Below the pieces are notes generated by a model, which ran no database searches, was not told the origin of the DNA, and saw only the letters and a program-made list of their open reading frames with translations. A stretch of 64,000 nt of DNA from Chlorobiota bacterium (GTDB lineage Bacteria > Bacteroidota > Ignavibacteria > Kapaibacteriales > UBA2268): NCBI GenBank assembly GCA_034670025.1, contig JAXMOE010000001.1, positions 737,995 to 801,994 of the forward strand, written 5' to 3'. Each line of letters begins with the position of its first letter. Positions within the stretch are counted from its first letter, which is position 1. Both the position numbers and the translations under genes were made by a program. Shown piece after piece: positions 19,074 to 27,700 of this stretch.

Positions 19074-19103
19074 TTGAAGTTGAGATAAAAGTCACTAATT
19101 TTG
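19074..19103 (+). promoter_or_regulatory. Bacteroidota-type promoter candidate for the atp operon (TTG-N19-TAATTTTG)
   Basis: TTTG at 19073-19076, a 19-nt spacer, and TAATTTTG at 19096-19103, 33 nt before the first atp-operon ATG. Confidence 0.4.
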
Positions 19104-19136
19104 AAGCTGTTAATTTTACAGTTTTAAGTTCTTATA

Positions 19137-19361
19137 ATGAAAAAAGATAAATCAGACAGAGCAAAAATTATAAAAGAAATGTCGCCTTATATAACATTAG
19201 GTTTAGACTTTGCTTTGACAGTTTTACTGCTTTCACTATTAGGCTACTGGTTAGACAATAAATATGACACCTCACCTATGTGGGTTCTGATTTGTTCATT
19301 GTTTGGGATTGTAGTTGCATTTTATAAGTTTTTTAAAGTTGTTATGAAAAAGAAAAAATGA
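19137..19361 (+). CDS. atpZ: AtpZ/AtpI-family small membrane protein (putative F0F1-ATPase accessory subunit)
   Basis: 74 aa, two TM helices. ITLGLDFALTVLLLSLLGYWLDNKYDTSPMWVLICSLFGIVVAFY fits the AtpZ pattern. First gene of the atp operon. Confidence 0.65.
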   Translation: MKKDKSDRAKIIKEMSPYITLGLDFALTVLLLSLLGYWLDNKYDTSPMWVLICSLFGIVVAFYKFFKVVMKKKK

Positions 19362-19374
19362 GAAGCTTTTACTA

Positions 19375-19692
19375 ATGTTTTGGCCGATATCTGTTGGAAT
19401 ATTGTTAAATGTATTTGGATTAATTTATTCAATAATAACAATAAAACACAGTTTAAATAAAGACGAATGGGACAGCTTTTATACTTGGTATGGAACCTCA
19501 AGTATCATAAAATATTTATTATTACTGATTGGAATTTTAGTAGCAATACTATTGTTTGAGCTTGATAAAACATACTTATTACTCAGTTTTTTTATTTCAT
19601 ACATTATATTTTTGATTTTTGAGATTATTTATCTGAACAAGACAAAAAGTTTTAGTAAGTTTGCAACTGAAAATAAAAACAAGGCGAAATAA
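19375..19692 (+). CDS. Small hydrophobic membrane protein in the ATP synthase protein I position
   Basis: 105 aa with 3-4 TM segments. It lies between atpZ and atpB and abuts the atpB ATG (TAA-ATG). Confidence 0.5.
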   Translation: MFWPISVGILLNVFGLIYSIITIKHSLNKDEWDSFYTWYGTSSIIKYLLLLIGILVAILLFELDKTYLLLSFFISYIIFLIFEIIYLNKTKSFSKFATENKNKAK

Positions 19693-20709
19693 ATGTCAAA
19701 AAATAACACGCAAAACGAATCATTGAAGCAAGAATTGACTGAAGAAGTTGATGCAATCAAACATGATTTAGAAGAAGAAGTTCAAACGGAAGACAACCCT
19801 GTTAATGAAATACTTGACGGTATGGGTGATCACGATGTCTTTAGTTGGGGACCATTACACTTAGACATTTTACCAGTGATTCTTTATGATGAAGGTCAGT
19901 TTCATTTTTATGGTAACAGAGAGAGTATGGAACAGTCTGGTGAGTACACAACTGAACATCACCATATTGTAGATGCTAACACACATGAAACTCCTGATTT
20001 AGACCTTTCTATTACTAATATGGTAGCTTTCCAATGGATAGCTATGATTTTATTAGCAGTTATTTTCTTTACAGTTTCCAGAAAAGCAAAGAAAAATGGT
20101 AGCAATCCTCCAAAAGGAATTCAAAATCTATTCGAATCGGTTATAGTATTCGTAAGAGATGATGTTGTAAAACCAAATATAACAGGCAAAGCAGCAGATA
20201 GACTACTGCCTTACTTCTTCATCCTGTTTTTATTTATTTTAGTTTTGAATTTAATGGGTCTATTGCCCGGTGGACATACAGCAACAGCCACACTGGGTGT
20301 ATCTGCTGCTTTGGCAATAGTTGCCTTCTTTATTATTAATTATACGGCTATGAGAGAATCTGGACTTAAGGCATGGTTTCATCACTTGTTAGGTGGAGCA
20401 CCATGGTGGTTAGGCTTTTTAATGATTCCAATTGAGATAGCATCATTATTTATTAAGCCATTTTCACTTACAATTCGTTTGTTTGCGAATATGGTAGCAG
20501 GACACACTGTACTATTTTCTTTGATGGGATTATTATTCTTATTTCAATCAATAATAATAGCTCCAGCAATAGTTGGTTTTGCAACATTTATAAATTTACT
20601 TGAGCTTTTAGTTGCGTTCTTACAAGCTTATATTTTCACTATGCTAACGGCGATATTTGTTGGATTAGCAGTTGGTGAACATAGCCATGACGAAGAACAT
20701 GCTCATTAA
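19693..20709 (+). CDS. atpB: F0F1 ATP synthase subunit a
   Basis: Conserved SLTIRLFANMVAGH (essential Arg) and LPGGHTATATLGV. Has an acidic ~100-aa N-terminal extension and a His-rich tail GEHSHDEEHAH. Confidence 0.92.
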   Translation: MSKNNTQNESLKQELTEEVDAIKHDLEEEVQTEDNPVNEILDGMGDHDVFSWGPLHLDILPVILYDEGQFHFYGNRESMEQSGEYTTEHHHIVDANTHETPDLDLSITNMVAFQWIAMILLAVIFFTVSRKAKKNGSNPPKGIQNLFESVIVFVRDDVVKPNITGKAADRLLPYFFILFLFILVLNLMGLLPGGHTATATLGVSAALAIVAFFIINYTAMRESGLKAWFHHLLGGAPWWLGFLMIPIEIASLFIKPFSLTIRLFANMVAGHTVLFSLMGLLFLFQSIIIAPAIVGFATFINLLELLVAFLQAYIFTMLTAIFVGLAVGEHSHDEEHAH

Positions 20710-20773
20710 TTAAATTATTTTTTTTAGAACATAATTTTTTATTTTTTATTCAAATATATTAGAGGTTTTTAAA

Positions 20774-20989
20774 ATGGAATTAGGATTGCTAGGAGCAGGA
20801 ATAGGTGCAGGAATATCTGTATTTGGCGCAGCATTAGGAATTGGACGCTTAGCGGCTTCAGCTTTGGAAGCATCAGGTCGTCAACCAGAGGCTGCAGGTG
20901 ACCTTAGAACAACAATGATTATCGCAGCGGCACTAATTGAGGGTGTTGCATTCTTCGCGTTAGTTATTTGTCTATTAATGGCATTATAA
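20774..20989 (+). CDS. atpE: F0F1 ATP synthase subunit c
   Basis: 71 aa hairpin. GRQPEA loop and the ion-binding Glu in AALIEGVAFFAL. Confidence 0.95.
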   Translation: MELGLLGAGIGAGISVFGAALGIGRLAASALEASGRQPEAAGDLRTTMIIAAALIEGVAFFALVICLLMAL

Positions 20990-20998
20990 TTTTAATAT

Positions 20999-21034
20999 AG
21001 GGACTCTTATCTTTGGTTTGAGTCCCTCTTTTAT
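20999..21034 (+). terminator. Intra-operon hairpin/partial terminator after atpE
   Basis: agggactc / gagtccct 8-bp GC-rich stem with a 13-nt loop, followed by cttttat. Confidence 0.5.
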
Positions 21035-21065
21035 ATAAATAAGAAATAAAAAAAGGTATTGTTAG

Positions 21066-21560
21066 ATGGATACTATAATGAGTGTAAGCCCAGGTTTATT
21101 AATCTGGTCAATAATAAACTTTTTAATTATTTTATTCATATTAGGTAAATTTGCTTTTCCTGCTATGAAAAAGTCTCTTAGTGATAGAGAAGACAACATT
21201 AGAAGAAATATTGATGAAGCTAATGCTTTAAATGAAAAAGCACAAATTTTACTAAATGAAAGTCAAAATAAATTAGACAATGCTCAAAAAGAAGTATCTG
21301 AAATATTGTCTAAGGCAAAATTGAGAGCGGATGAGAATATTCAGAATGCAATTGATGAAGCAGAAAAAAGTAAAGTCCAAATTTTAAATGATGCTAACAA
21401 GGAAATAGAAAGAAAGAAAAATGACGCAATTGCTGAATTAAGAACAGAAGTTGCTGATTTGGTTGTAAATGCTACGGAAAAGATTCTTGAATCTAAGTTA
21501 GATAAAGAAGAACACTTGAAATTTGCAAAAGAGCAAATAGAAAAATTACCTAAAAATTAA
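21066..21560 (+). CDS. atpF: F0F1 ATP synthase subunit b
   Basis: A single N-terminal TM (LLIWSIINFLIILFILGKFAFP) followed by a long charged helix. Correct operon position. Confidence 0.9.
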   Translation: MDTIMSVSPGLLIWSIINFLIILFILGKFAFPAMKKSLSDREDNIRRNIDEANALNEKAQILLNESQNKLDNAQKEVSEILSKAKLRADENIQNAIDEAEKSKVQILNDANKEIERKKNDAIAELRTEVADLVVNATEKILESKLDKEEHLKFAKEQIEKLPKN

Positions 21561-21572
21561 TAGGTTATTATA

Positions 21573-22109
21573 ATGAATGAAAAGATAGTATCATCAAGAT
21601 ATGCAAAAGCTTTCTACTCAGCTGCTAATGAAGTTCAGCAAGTAGAAGTAGTGCTCAATGATTTCAAATATATATTAGAAACTATTAAAAGTTCAAAAGA
21701 GTTGGACAATTTGATAGATAGCCCTATTGTACCTGGAGAAAAGAAGCTATCGATTCTTTCGGAAATTTTTTCTGGTAGTATAAGTGACCTCACAATAGAT
21801 ATTTTGAAGTTAATTACAGAAAAATCTAGAACTAACTTAATTGATGATATTGCAAGAGAGTTTGAGTTAATTTATAATGATAAGCATAATATCATTCCAG
21901 TATTAGTTGAAACAGCTGTACAACTTGATGAAGAAGGAAAAAAGAAAACTACTGACATGTTGGGTGATTGGACTAAAGCAACTATTCAAGCAGAATATAA
22001 AGTTAATCCTGACTTAAAAGGCGGATTAAAAATTAACATAGACGGTTGGGTGTTTGATGCAACAATCAAAAACCAATTAGAAAAGCTAAGAAAATCATTA
22101 GCTGGCTAA
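21573..22109 (+). CDS. atpH: F0F1 ATP synthase subunit delta (OSCP)
   Basis: The N-terminal SRYAKAFYSAA motif is typical of OSCP/delta. 178 aa, in the correct operon position. Confidence 0.88.
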   Translation: MNEKIVSSRYAKAFYSAANEVQQVEVVLNDFKYILETIKSSKELDNLIDSPIVPGEKKLSILSEIFSGSISDLTIDILKLITEKSRTNLIDDIAREFELIYNDKHNIIPVLVETAVQLDEEGKKKTTDMLGDWTKATIQAEYKVNPDLKGGLKINIDGWVFDATIKNQLEKLRKSLAG

Positions 22110-22144
22110 ATAAGAATTTTAAATTTAATTATAAGGTTAAATAA

Positions 22145-23695
22145 ATGGCAAATGTGAAACCAGAAGAGATATCCGCGATACTAAAAAAGCAGTTATCAGG
22201 GTTCAAAAACGAAGCAGATTTATACGAAACTGGTACAGTATTGCAAGTAGGTGATGGTGTAGCCAGAGTTTATGGTCTTAATCACGTAATGGCATCGGAG
22301 TTAGTAGAATTTCCTAACGGTGTTATGGGTATGGTTCTTAACTTAGAGGAAGACAACGTTGGTGTTGTACTATTCGGTGATGACAGATTAGTAAAAGAAG
22401 GCGATACAGTAAAAAGAACAAAGCAAATTGCTTCTGTTCCTGTTGGTAATGAATTATTAGGCAGAGTTGTAAATCCACTTGGCGTTGCAATAGATGGCAA
22501 AGGTGATATTAAAACTGATCATCAATTCCCTATTGAAAGAAAAGCTCCTGGTGTTATGAAAAGACAACCAGTAACTGAGCCATTACAAACAGGTATCAAG
22601 CCAATTGACGCACTTATTCCAATCGGGAGAGGTCAGCGTGAGTTGATTATTGGTGATAGACAAACTGGTAAAACTGCAGTTGCTATTGACACTATAATTA
22701 ATCAAAAATATACGCACACAGAAGAAGCAAAAGAACTTGGTATAGATCCAGTTTATTGTATTTATGTAGCAATTGGGCAGAAAGGTTCAACTGTGGCAAA
22801 CGTGGTAAATATTCTTGAGAAAAATGGTGCTATGGGCTATACAATAATAGTTGCAGCTAATGCATCTGACCCAGCTCCATTGCAATTTATTGCTCCTTAT
22901 TGTGGTGCTTCTATGGGTGAATTTTTCAGAGATAACGGAAAACACTCTCTTATTATTTATGATGATTTGTCTAAACAAGCCGCTGCTTATAGACAAGTAT
23001 CATTACTTCTAAGAAGACCTCCGGGACGTGAAGCTTATCCTGGTGATGTATTCTATCTTCACTCAAGATTATTAGAAAGAGCTGCAAAGCTATCTGACGA
23101 AGAAGGAGGCGGCTCGATGACTGCACTTCCAGTAATTGAAACGCAAGCTGGAGATGTATCTGCATATATTCCAACTAACGTAATTTCTATTACAGATGGT
23201 CAAATTTATTTAGAGCCAAACTTGTTTAACGCTGGTGTAAGACCTGCATTGAACATTGGTATCTCAGTGTCACGTGTTGGTGGTGCTGCTCAGATTAAAG
23301 CAATGAAAAAAGTTGCTGGACCTTTGAAATTAGAATTGGCACAATTTAGAGCACTAGAAGCATTTGCTAAATTTGGTTCTGACTTAGATAAATCAACTCA
23401 ACAACAATTAAGAAGAGGTGCTGTACTAACTGAAATAATGAAACAAGGTCAGTACAATCCACTACCAATTGACAAGCAAGTTGTATTAATTTACGCTGCT
23501 ACTACAGGTAAATTGGATGAACTTCCATTAGAATCGCTTAAAGCATTCGAAGCAGAATTCTTAGAATTATTGGAAACTCAACACAATGATTTACTTTTCA
23601 ATATCAGAAAAGAAAAAGCACTTTCAGATGATTTGAAAAATCAACTGAATACTCAATTAGATAACTTTATTGATTCTTTCAAAAAACGAATTTAA
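22145..23695 (+). CDS. atpA: F0F1 ATP synthase subunit alpha
   Basis: Walker A GDRQTGKT, and the [28 protein letters not shown] signature. Confidence 0.98.
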   Translation: MANVKPEEISAILKKQLSGFKNEADLYETGTVLQVGDGVARVYGLNHVMASELVEFPNGVMGMVLNLEEDNVGVVLFGDDRLVKEGDTVKRTKQIASVPVGNELLGRVVNPLGVAIDGKGDIKTDHQFPIERKAPGVMKRQPVTEPLQTGIKPIDALIPIGRGQRELIIGDRQTGKTAVAIDTIINQKYTHTEEAKELGIDPVYCIYVAIGQKGSTVANVVNILEKNGAMGYTIIVAANASDPAPLQFIAPYCGASMGEFFRDNGKHSLIIYDDLSKQAAAYRQVSLLLRRPPGREAYPGDVFYLHSRLLERAAKLSDEEGGGSMTALPVIETQAGDVSAYIPTNVISITDGQIYLEPNLFNAGVRPALNIGISVSRVGGAAQIKAMKKVAGPLKLELAQFRALEAFAKFGSDLDKSTQQQLRRGAVLTEIMKQGQYNPLPIDKQVVLIYAATTGKLDELPLESLKAFEAEFLELLETQHNDLLFNIRKEKALSDDLKNQLNTQLDNFIDSFKKRI

Positions 23696-23701
23696 TTATA
23701 A

Positions 23702-24664
23702 ATGATAGTAATTACAGGTGGAGCAGGATTCATTGGGTCCTGCCTACTTAAATACCTTAATGATAGAGGTCGTGAAGACATATTAATAGTTGATAATTTA
23801 GATACATCGGCTAAATGGAAAAATTTAGTTGGTAAAGAATTTATCGATTATATTCCTAAATATGAATTCATTGACTTTATTAATAATATTGAAGATACAG
23901 ACATAATAGAATGTATATTTCATCTGGGTGCCTGTAGTTCAACTACAGAATTAGATATGGACTATCTTTACGATAATAATTATAATTTCAGTAAAGATAT
24001 AGCGAGTTTCTGTCTGGACAATGAAGTAAAATTAATCTATGCTAGTAGTGCTGCTACATATGGTATGGGAGAAAATGGATTCAATGATGACGAATTTATT
24101 AACCTCTCCCCTCTCAATGGTTATGGTTTCTCTAAATATTTATTTGACAAATGGGTTGTCAAAATGGACTTAGACAACACTTTTTGTGGATTCAAGTTCT
24201 TTAATGTATTTGGACCTAACGAGTACCATAAGCAGAACATGAGCAGTATGGTATATAAATCATACAATCAAATTAAGGCAAATGGTAAAGTGAGTCTTTT
24301 TAAGTCAAACTCTTCAGATTTTGGAGATGGTGAACAACAAAGAGATTTTATATATGTTAAAGATTTATGTAAAGTTTTGTTGGAAGCTTATGACAAGAGC
24401 ATTACTGGTATTTACAACTTAGGTACTGGTACAACTTCTAGTTGGAATGAATTGATTAAAAACGTGTTTAGATCATTGAATAAGGATAACAATATAGAAT
24501 ATATTGATATACCTGTCGACATTGCTAATCAATACCAAAATTATACAAAAGCAGAAATGTCAAAGTATCACAATGCTCCGTTTGAGACTGAGTTTATGTC
24601 ATTAGAAGAATCAGTCAATGACTACGTTAAAAATTATTTAGAAAATAACAATAAGTACATATAA
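23702..24664 (+). CDS. hldD: ADP-L-glycero-D-manno-heptose 6-epimerase
   Basis: Collinear similarity to E. coli HldD/RfaD: MIVITGGAGFIGS, ILIVDNL, FHLGACSSTTE, DNNY.FSK, IYASSAATYG, GYGFSKYLFD, GFKFFNVFGPNE.HK, QRDFIYV.D, IYNLGTG. Confidence 0.85.
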   Translation: MIVITGGAGFIGSCLLKYLNDRGREDILIVDNLDTSAKWKNLVGKEFIDYIPKYEFIDFINNIEDTDIIECIFHLGACSSTTELDMDYLYDNNYNFSKDIASFCLDNEVKLIYASSAATYGMGENGFNDDEFINLSPLNGYGFSKYLFDKWVVKMDLDNTFCGFKFFNVFGPNEYHKQNMSSMVYKSYNQIKANGKVSLFKSNSSDFGDGEQQRDFIYVKDLCKVLLEAYDKSITGIYNLGTGTTSSWNELIKNVFRSLNKDNNIEYIDIPVDIANQYQNYTKAEMSKYHNAPFETEFMSLEESVNDYVKNYLENNNKYI

Positions 24665-24668
24665 TAGT

Positions 24669-25565
24669 ATGGCAAATTTAAGAGAACTAAAGCGAAGAAT
24701 TGGTGGTGTTAAAAATACTGCTAAAATTACTCAAGCTATGAAAATGGTTTCTGCTGCAAAGTTAAAACGTGGACAGAAAGCGATAGAAGAGGCTAGACCC
24801 TATGTCTTAAAACTACAAGAAATACTAAGTAATGTTTTAACTGGTATTGGTGAAGATTATGAGAATCCTCTTATTATAAATAGAGAAGTTAAAAATATAG
24901 CAATAGTTGTAGTTGGTTCTGACAAAGGACTTTGTGGTAGTTTTAATGCTCAAATCTATAAAAATGTTACAAATTTTATTGACAACGAATTAACTGCTAA
25001 ACACCCTGGAGCTGATGTTTCTGTTGTTTCTGTTGGTAATAAAACCGTCTCTAAATTTAGTAAAACAAAATATAATGTAAAAGAAAACTTTAGGGATGTA
25101 TTTACAAATTTAGAATTTAGTACTGCTCAGTCTATTATCAATACTTTTGAAGAAAAGTTTGTAAAAGGTGAGATCGACAGAGTATATATAGTTTTTAATG
25201 AGTTTGTAAATGTAATTAGGCAAGAAGTCAAAATTGAACAATTACTACCTATTGACACTATTAATAAAGTAGATCAAGAAGAAGTGGAACCGAATAGTAA
25301 TCAAGTTACATATATATTTGAGCCAAATGAAAAAGAAATAATGGATGAATTACTTCCAAAGCTTTTAAATATTTCGATGTGGCGTACACTGCTGGAATCT
25401 AATGCTGCGGAAAACGCATCTAGAATGATGGCTATGGATAATGCAACAACTAATGCAAACGAACTTGTTGATGAACTTAACTTGAAGTATAACAAGGAAA
25501 GACAAGCAGCCATAACAACAGAAATGTTAGAAATAGTAGGTGGTGCAGAAGCATTAAGCAACTAA
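24669..25565 (+). CDS. atpG: F0F1 ATP synthase subunit gamma
   Basis: MANLRELKRRIGGVKNTAKITQAMKMVSAAKL start and the C-terminal ERQAAITTEMLEIVGGAEAL. Confidence 0.95.
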   Translation: MANLRELKRRIGGVKNTAKITQAMKMVSAAKLKRGQKAIEEARPYVLKLQEILSNVLTGIGEDYENPLIINREVKNIAIVVVGSDKGLCGSFNAQIYKNVTNFIDNELTAKHPGADVSVVSVGNKTVSKFSKTKYNVKENFRDVFTNLEFSTAQSIINTFEEKFVKGEIDRVYIVFNEFVNVIRQEVKIEQLLPIDTINKVDQEEVEPNSNQVTYIFEPNEKEIMDELLPKLLNISMWRTLLESNAAENASRMMAMDNATTNANELVDELNLKYNKERQAAITTEMLEIVGGAEALSN

Positions 25566-25591
25566 TACATTATTTCTTGAGTTAAAGAATT

Positions 25592-25627
25592 AAAAAAAGT
25601 AGTCATTTCTTGACTACTTTTTTTTTA
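25592..25627 (+). terminator. Rho-independent terminator ending the atp operon
   Basis: aaaaaaagtagtca / tgactacttttttt stem with a 5-nt loop and a long T-run. Confidence 0.8.
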
Positions 25628-25662
25628 TATTATAGTTCAATTAAATATAATTTCAGAATTAA

Positions 25663-26790
25663 ATGTTTAACATAATAACAAAGTTGTTTATAATATCTTT
25701 ATTAATCAATACCAACCTTTTTTCTTTAGATTTTGATGAAAGAAAAAGTCAGGGCAAGATAGAATACGATAATTTAGATGAGATTTCAGGACTTGTATTC
25801 GGTACAACTAATCCCGATATAATTTGGGCAGTGAATGACGGAAGAGCTGATGAAATATACGGTATGGATAGAAATGGATATTCTATTACTATATTAGATT
25901 TTAAGAAAGAAATATTAGAACAAGACACTGATATAGAAGATATAGCCACTATAAGACTTAACAATCAAAATTACATAGTATTAGCCGACATAGGGGATAA
26001 TGATGAAAAAAGAGAAACCGTAAATTTATATTTTATACCAGAATTAAAATTCAATGGGAATCCAGAAATAAAAATTGACGAATCACAAATGTTAAAGTTT
26101 AGATTTGAATATGAAGATGGTAGCCGAGATGCAGAGTGTTTATTTATTGATCCGACAACTAACAATATTTATATAGTAACAAAGCGAGAAACTAAGGCCA
26201 GATTGTATGAGTTAAAGTCTGATTTTAGCTTTATAAAAACTAATACAGCTGATTTCATATTAGAATTTGAGTTTGGTAATAATGTCTCTGAAAACTCTAC
26301 AGGTGTAACCGCAGGGGATATTTCAAAGGATGGTAAGCATATATTGATTCGTGACTACACTTCCGTTTGGTATTTCAACAATGATAATAATAATCTGATT
26401 AGTAATTTAAATAAATCAGGAAAGAAAATCGAATCTTATACTTATTCTTTCAGCAAAGAGCCACAAGGAGAATCAATTGCTTGGGATAGTGATATTAGTG
26501 GTTTTTATACTGCTAGTGAAGAAAAATCCTTTGATGGTTTTGAGACAGATTTGTTCTACTTCGAGAGAGTTCAGACTGATGTAAAAAAAAAGAATGAATT
26601 AGTTTATCAAACAGGAATGTTAAGTAACATATCCAATAATAATATAGATTTCAGTTTATATAATTTGTTAGGTCAAAAAGTGTTTACTTCTACAATGAAA
26701 CCTAATGAAAATATAGAATTAAATACCTTAAACATAAAGGCACGGTATTTGTTATACGATAATAAGTTTTTAATTATAAATAGTTTTTAA
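25663..26790 (+). CDS. Secreted beta-propeller-like protein (SdiA-regulated/phytase-like?) with T9SS-type C-terminal domain
   Basis: Signal peptide MFNIITKLFIISLLINTNLFS. EISGLVF...IWAVNDG...IYGMDRNG resembles SdiA-regulated/phytase-like propellers. The C-terminal FSLYNLLGQKVFTSTM...ARYLLY fits a T9SS CTD. Confidence 0.45.
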   Translation: MFNIITKLFIISLLINTNLFSLDFDERKSQGKIEYDNLDEISGLVFGTTNPDIIWAVNDGRADEIYGMDRNGYSITILDFKKEILEQDTDIEDIATIRLNNQNYIVLADIGDNDEKRETVNLYFIPELKFNGNPEIKIDESQMLKFRFEYEDGSRDAECLFIDPTTNNIYIVTKRETKARLYELKSDFSFIKTNTADFILEFEFGNNVSENSTGVTAGDISKDGKHILIRDYTSVWYFNNDNNNLISNLNKSGKKIESYTYSFSKEPQGESIAWDSDISGFYTASEEKSFDGFETDLFYFERVQTDVKKKNELVYQTGMLSNISNNNIDFSLYNLLGQKVFTSTMKPNENIELNTLNIKARYLLYDNKFLIINSF

Positions 26791-26793
26791 ATT

Positions 26794-27687
26794 TTGTTAA
26801 AAAACAGACATATATCAGAAAAAGTAGCAATTATCTTTATGGTATTGGGTATAGTAATAATACTCAGTTCTTTAGTTGTATCTTTTACAAATTTTTCAAA
26901 ACTCTTTGACTCATCATTATCATTAGGTGAGTTCGGTGAATTCATTGGTGGTTTTGTTGGTTCTTTGTGGTCATTGGCAGGTATATTACTTTTTTATAGT
27001 GCTTTAGTGCACCAAAGGAATGAACTTAATGAACAAAAAGAATATTTAGCTTCACAAACTGAAGCTATGATAAGTCAGAGTAAAGAATTAGAAAGACAGA
27101 ATGATACGTTACAAAAGCAAAAACAAGAAGAAACATTCTTTAATTTACTAAAGTTTCATACTGACTTGTTAGACACTCTTCGCTTTGAATCTAATAATAT
27201 TAATGTCCAATCGGGAAATATTGAAAAACAAACTATACAAGGGCGTTCAACTTTTGGTGAGTTTTATAATGTTTTCAAAAGGTTTTATTCTAAATACTTA
27301 GAGCACTTGAGTGATGCAGGGGTTGATGAAGATTCACTTAGAGGAGTAATCGAAACTTCATACACTAGTTTTTTTAATGAGTTTAGGTATGAATTAGGTC
27401 ACTATTTTAGGAACATATTTAATTTACTTTTATTCATCGATAGAGCTGATGAGAATGATAAACACTTTTTCTTAAGTATTTTATTTTCGCAAATTAGTGT
27501 TTATGAAATGTGTTTGATTTTTTTTCATGGATTGACATCAGAAAACGAAGAACTTAAAAGATACATTGAAAAATACGCACTATTACAAGATTTATATCAA
27601 GATGACTTGATAAAACTCAATGTTCAACTTTACAATGAATCAGCATATTCTAATGATATGTTTGATTTTACTTATGATTTAAAATAG
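26794..27687 (+). CDS. putAbiC-like membrane protein (putative phage abortive-infection family)
   Basis: Two N-terminal TM helices. The block GEFGEFIGGFVGSLWSLAGILLFYSALVHQRNELNEQKEYL...QKQEETFFNLLKFHTDLLDTL and the later LGHYFRNIFNLLLFID match my recollection of the Pfam putAbiC signature (GDF-GG...TM...Q..EL...coiled coil...FENTFF.LL..H). The TTG start is the first possible codon after the upstream stop. Confidence 0.6.
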   Translation: MLKNRHISEKVAIIFMVLGIVIILSSLVVSFTNFSKLFDSSLSLGEFGEFIGGFVGSLWSLAGILLFYSALVHQRNELNEQKEYLASQTEAMISQSKELERQNDTLQKQKQEETFFNLLKFHTDLLDTLRFESNNINVQSGNIEKQTIQGRSTFGEFYNVFKRFYSKYLEHLSDAGVDEDSLRGVIETSYTSFFNEFRYELGHYFRNIFNLLLFIDRADENDKHFFLSILFSQISVYEMCLIFFHGLTSENEELKRYIEKYALLQDLYQDDLIKLNVQLYNESAYSNDMFDFTYDLK

Positions 27688-27700
27688 ACAAGGAATACAA

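Noticed and set aside
19693-20709. Acidic ~100-aa N-terminal extension and His-rich C-terminal tail (GEHSHDEEHAH) of ATP synthase subunit a
   Set aside because: Long N-terminal extensions of subunit a are common in Bacteroidota-like lineages. There is no independent evidence for a special function.
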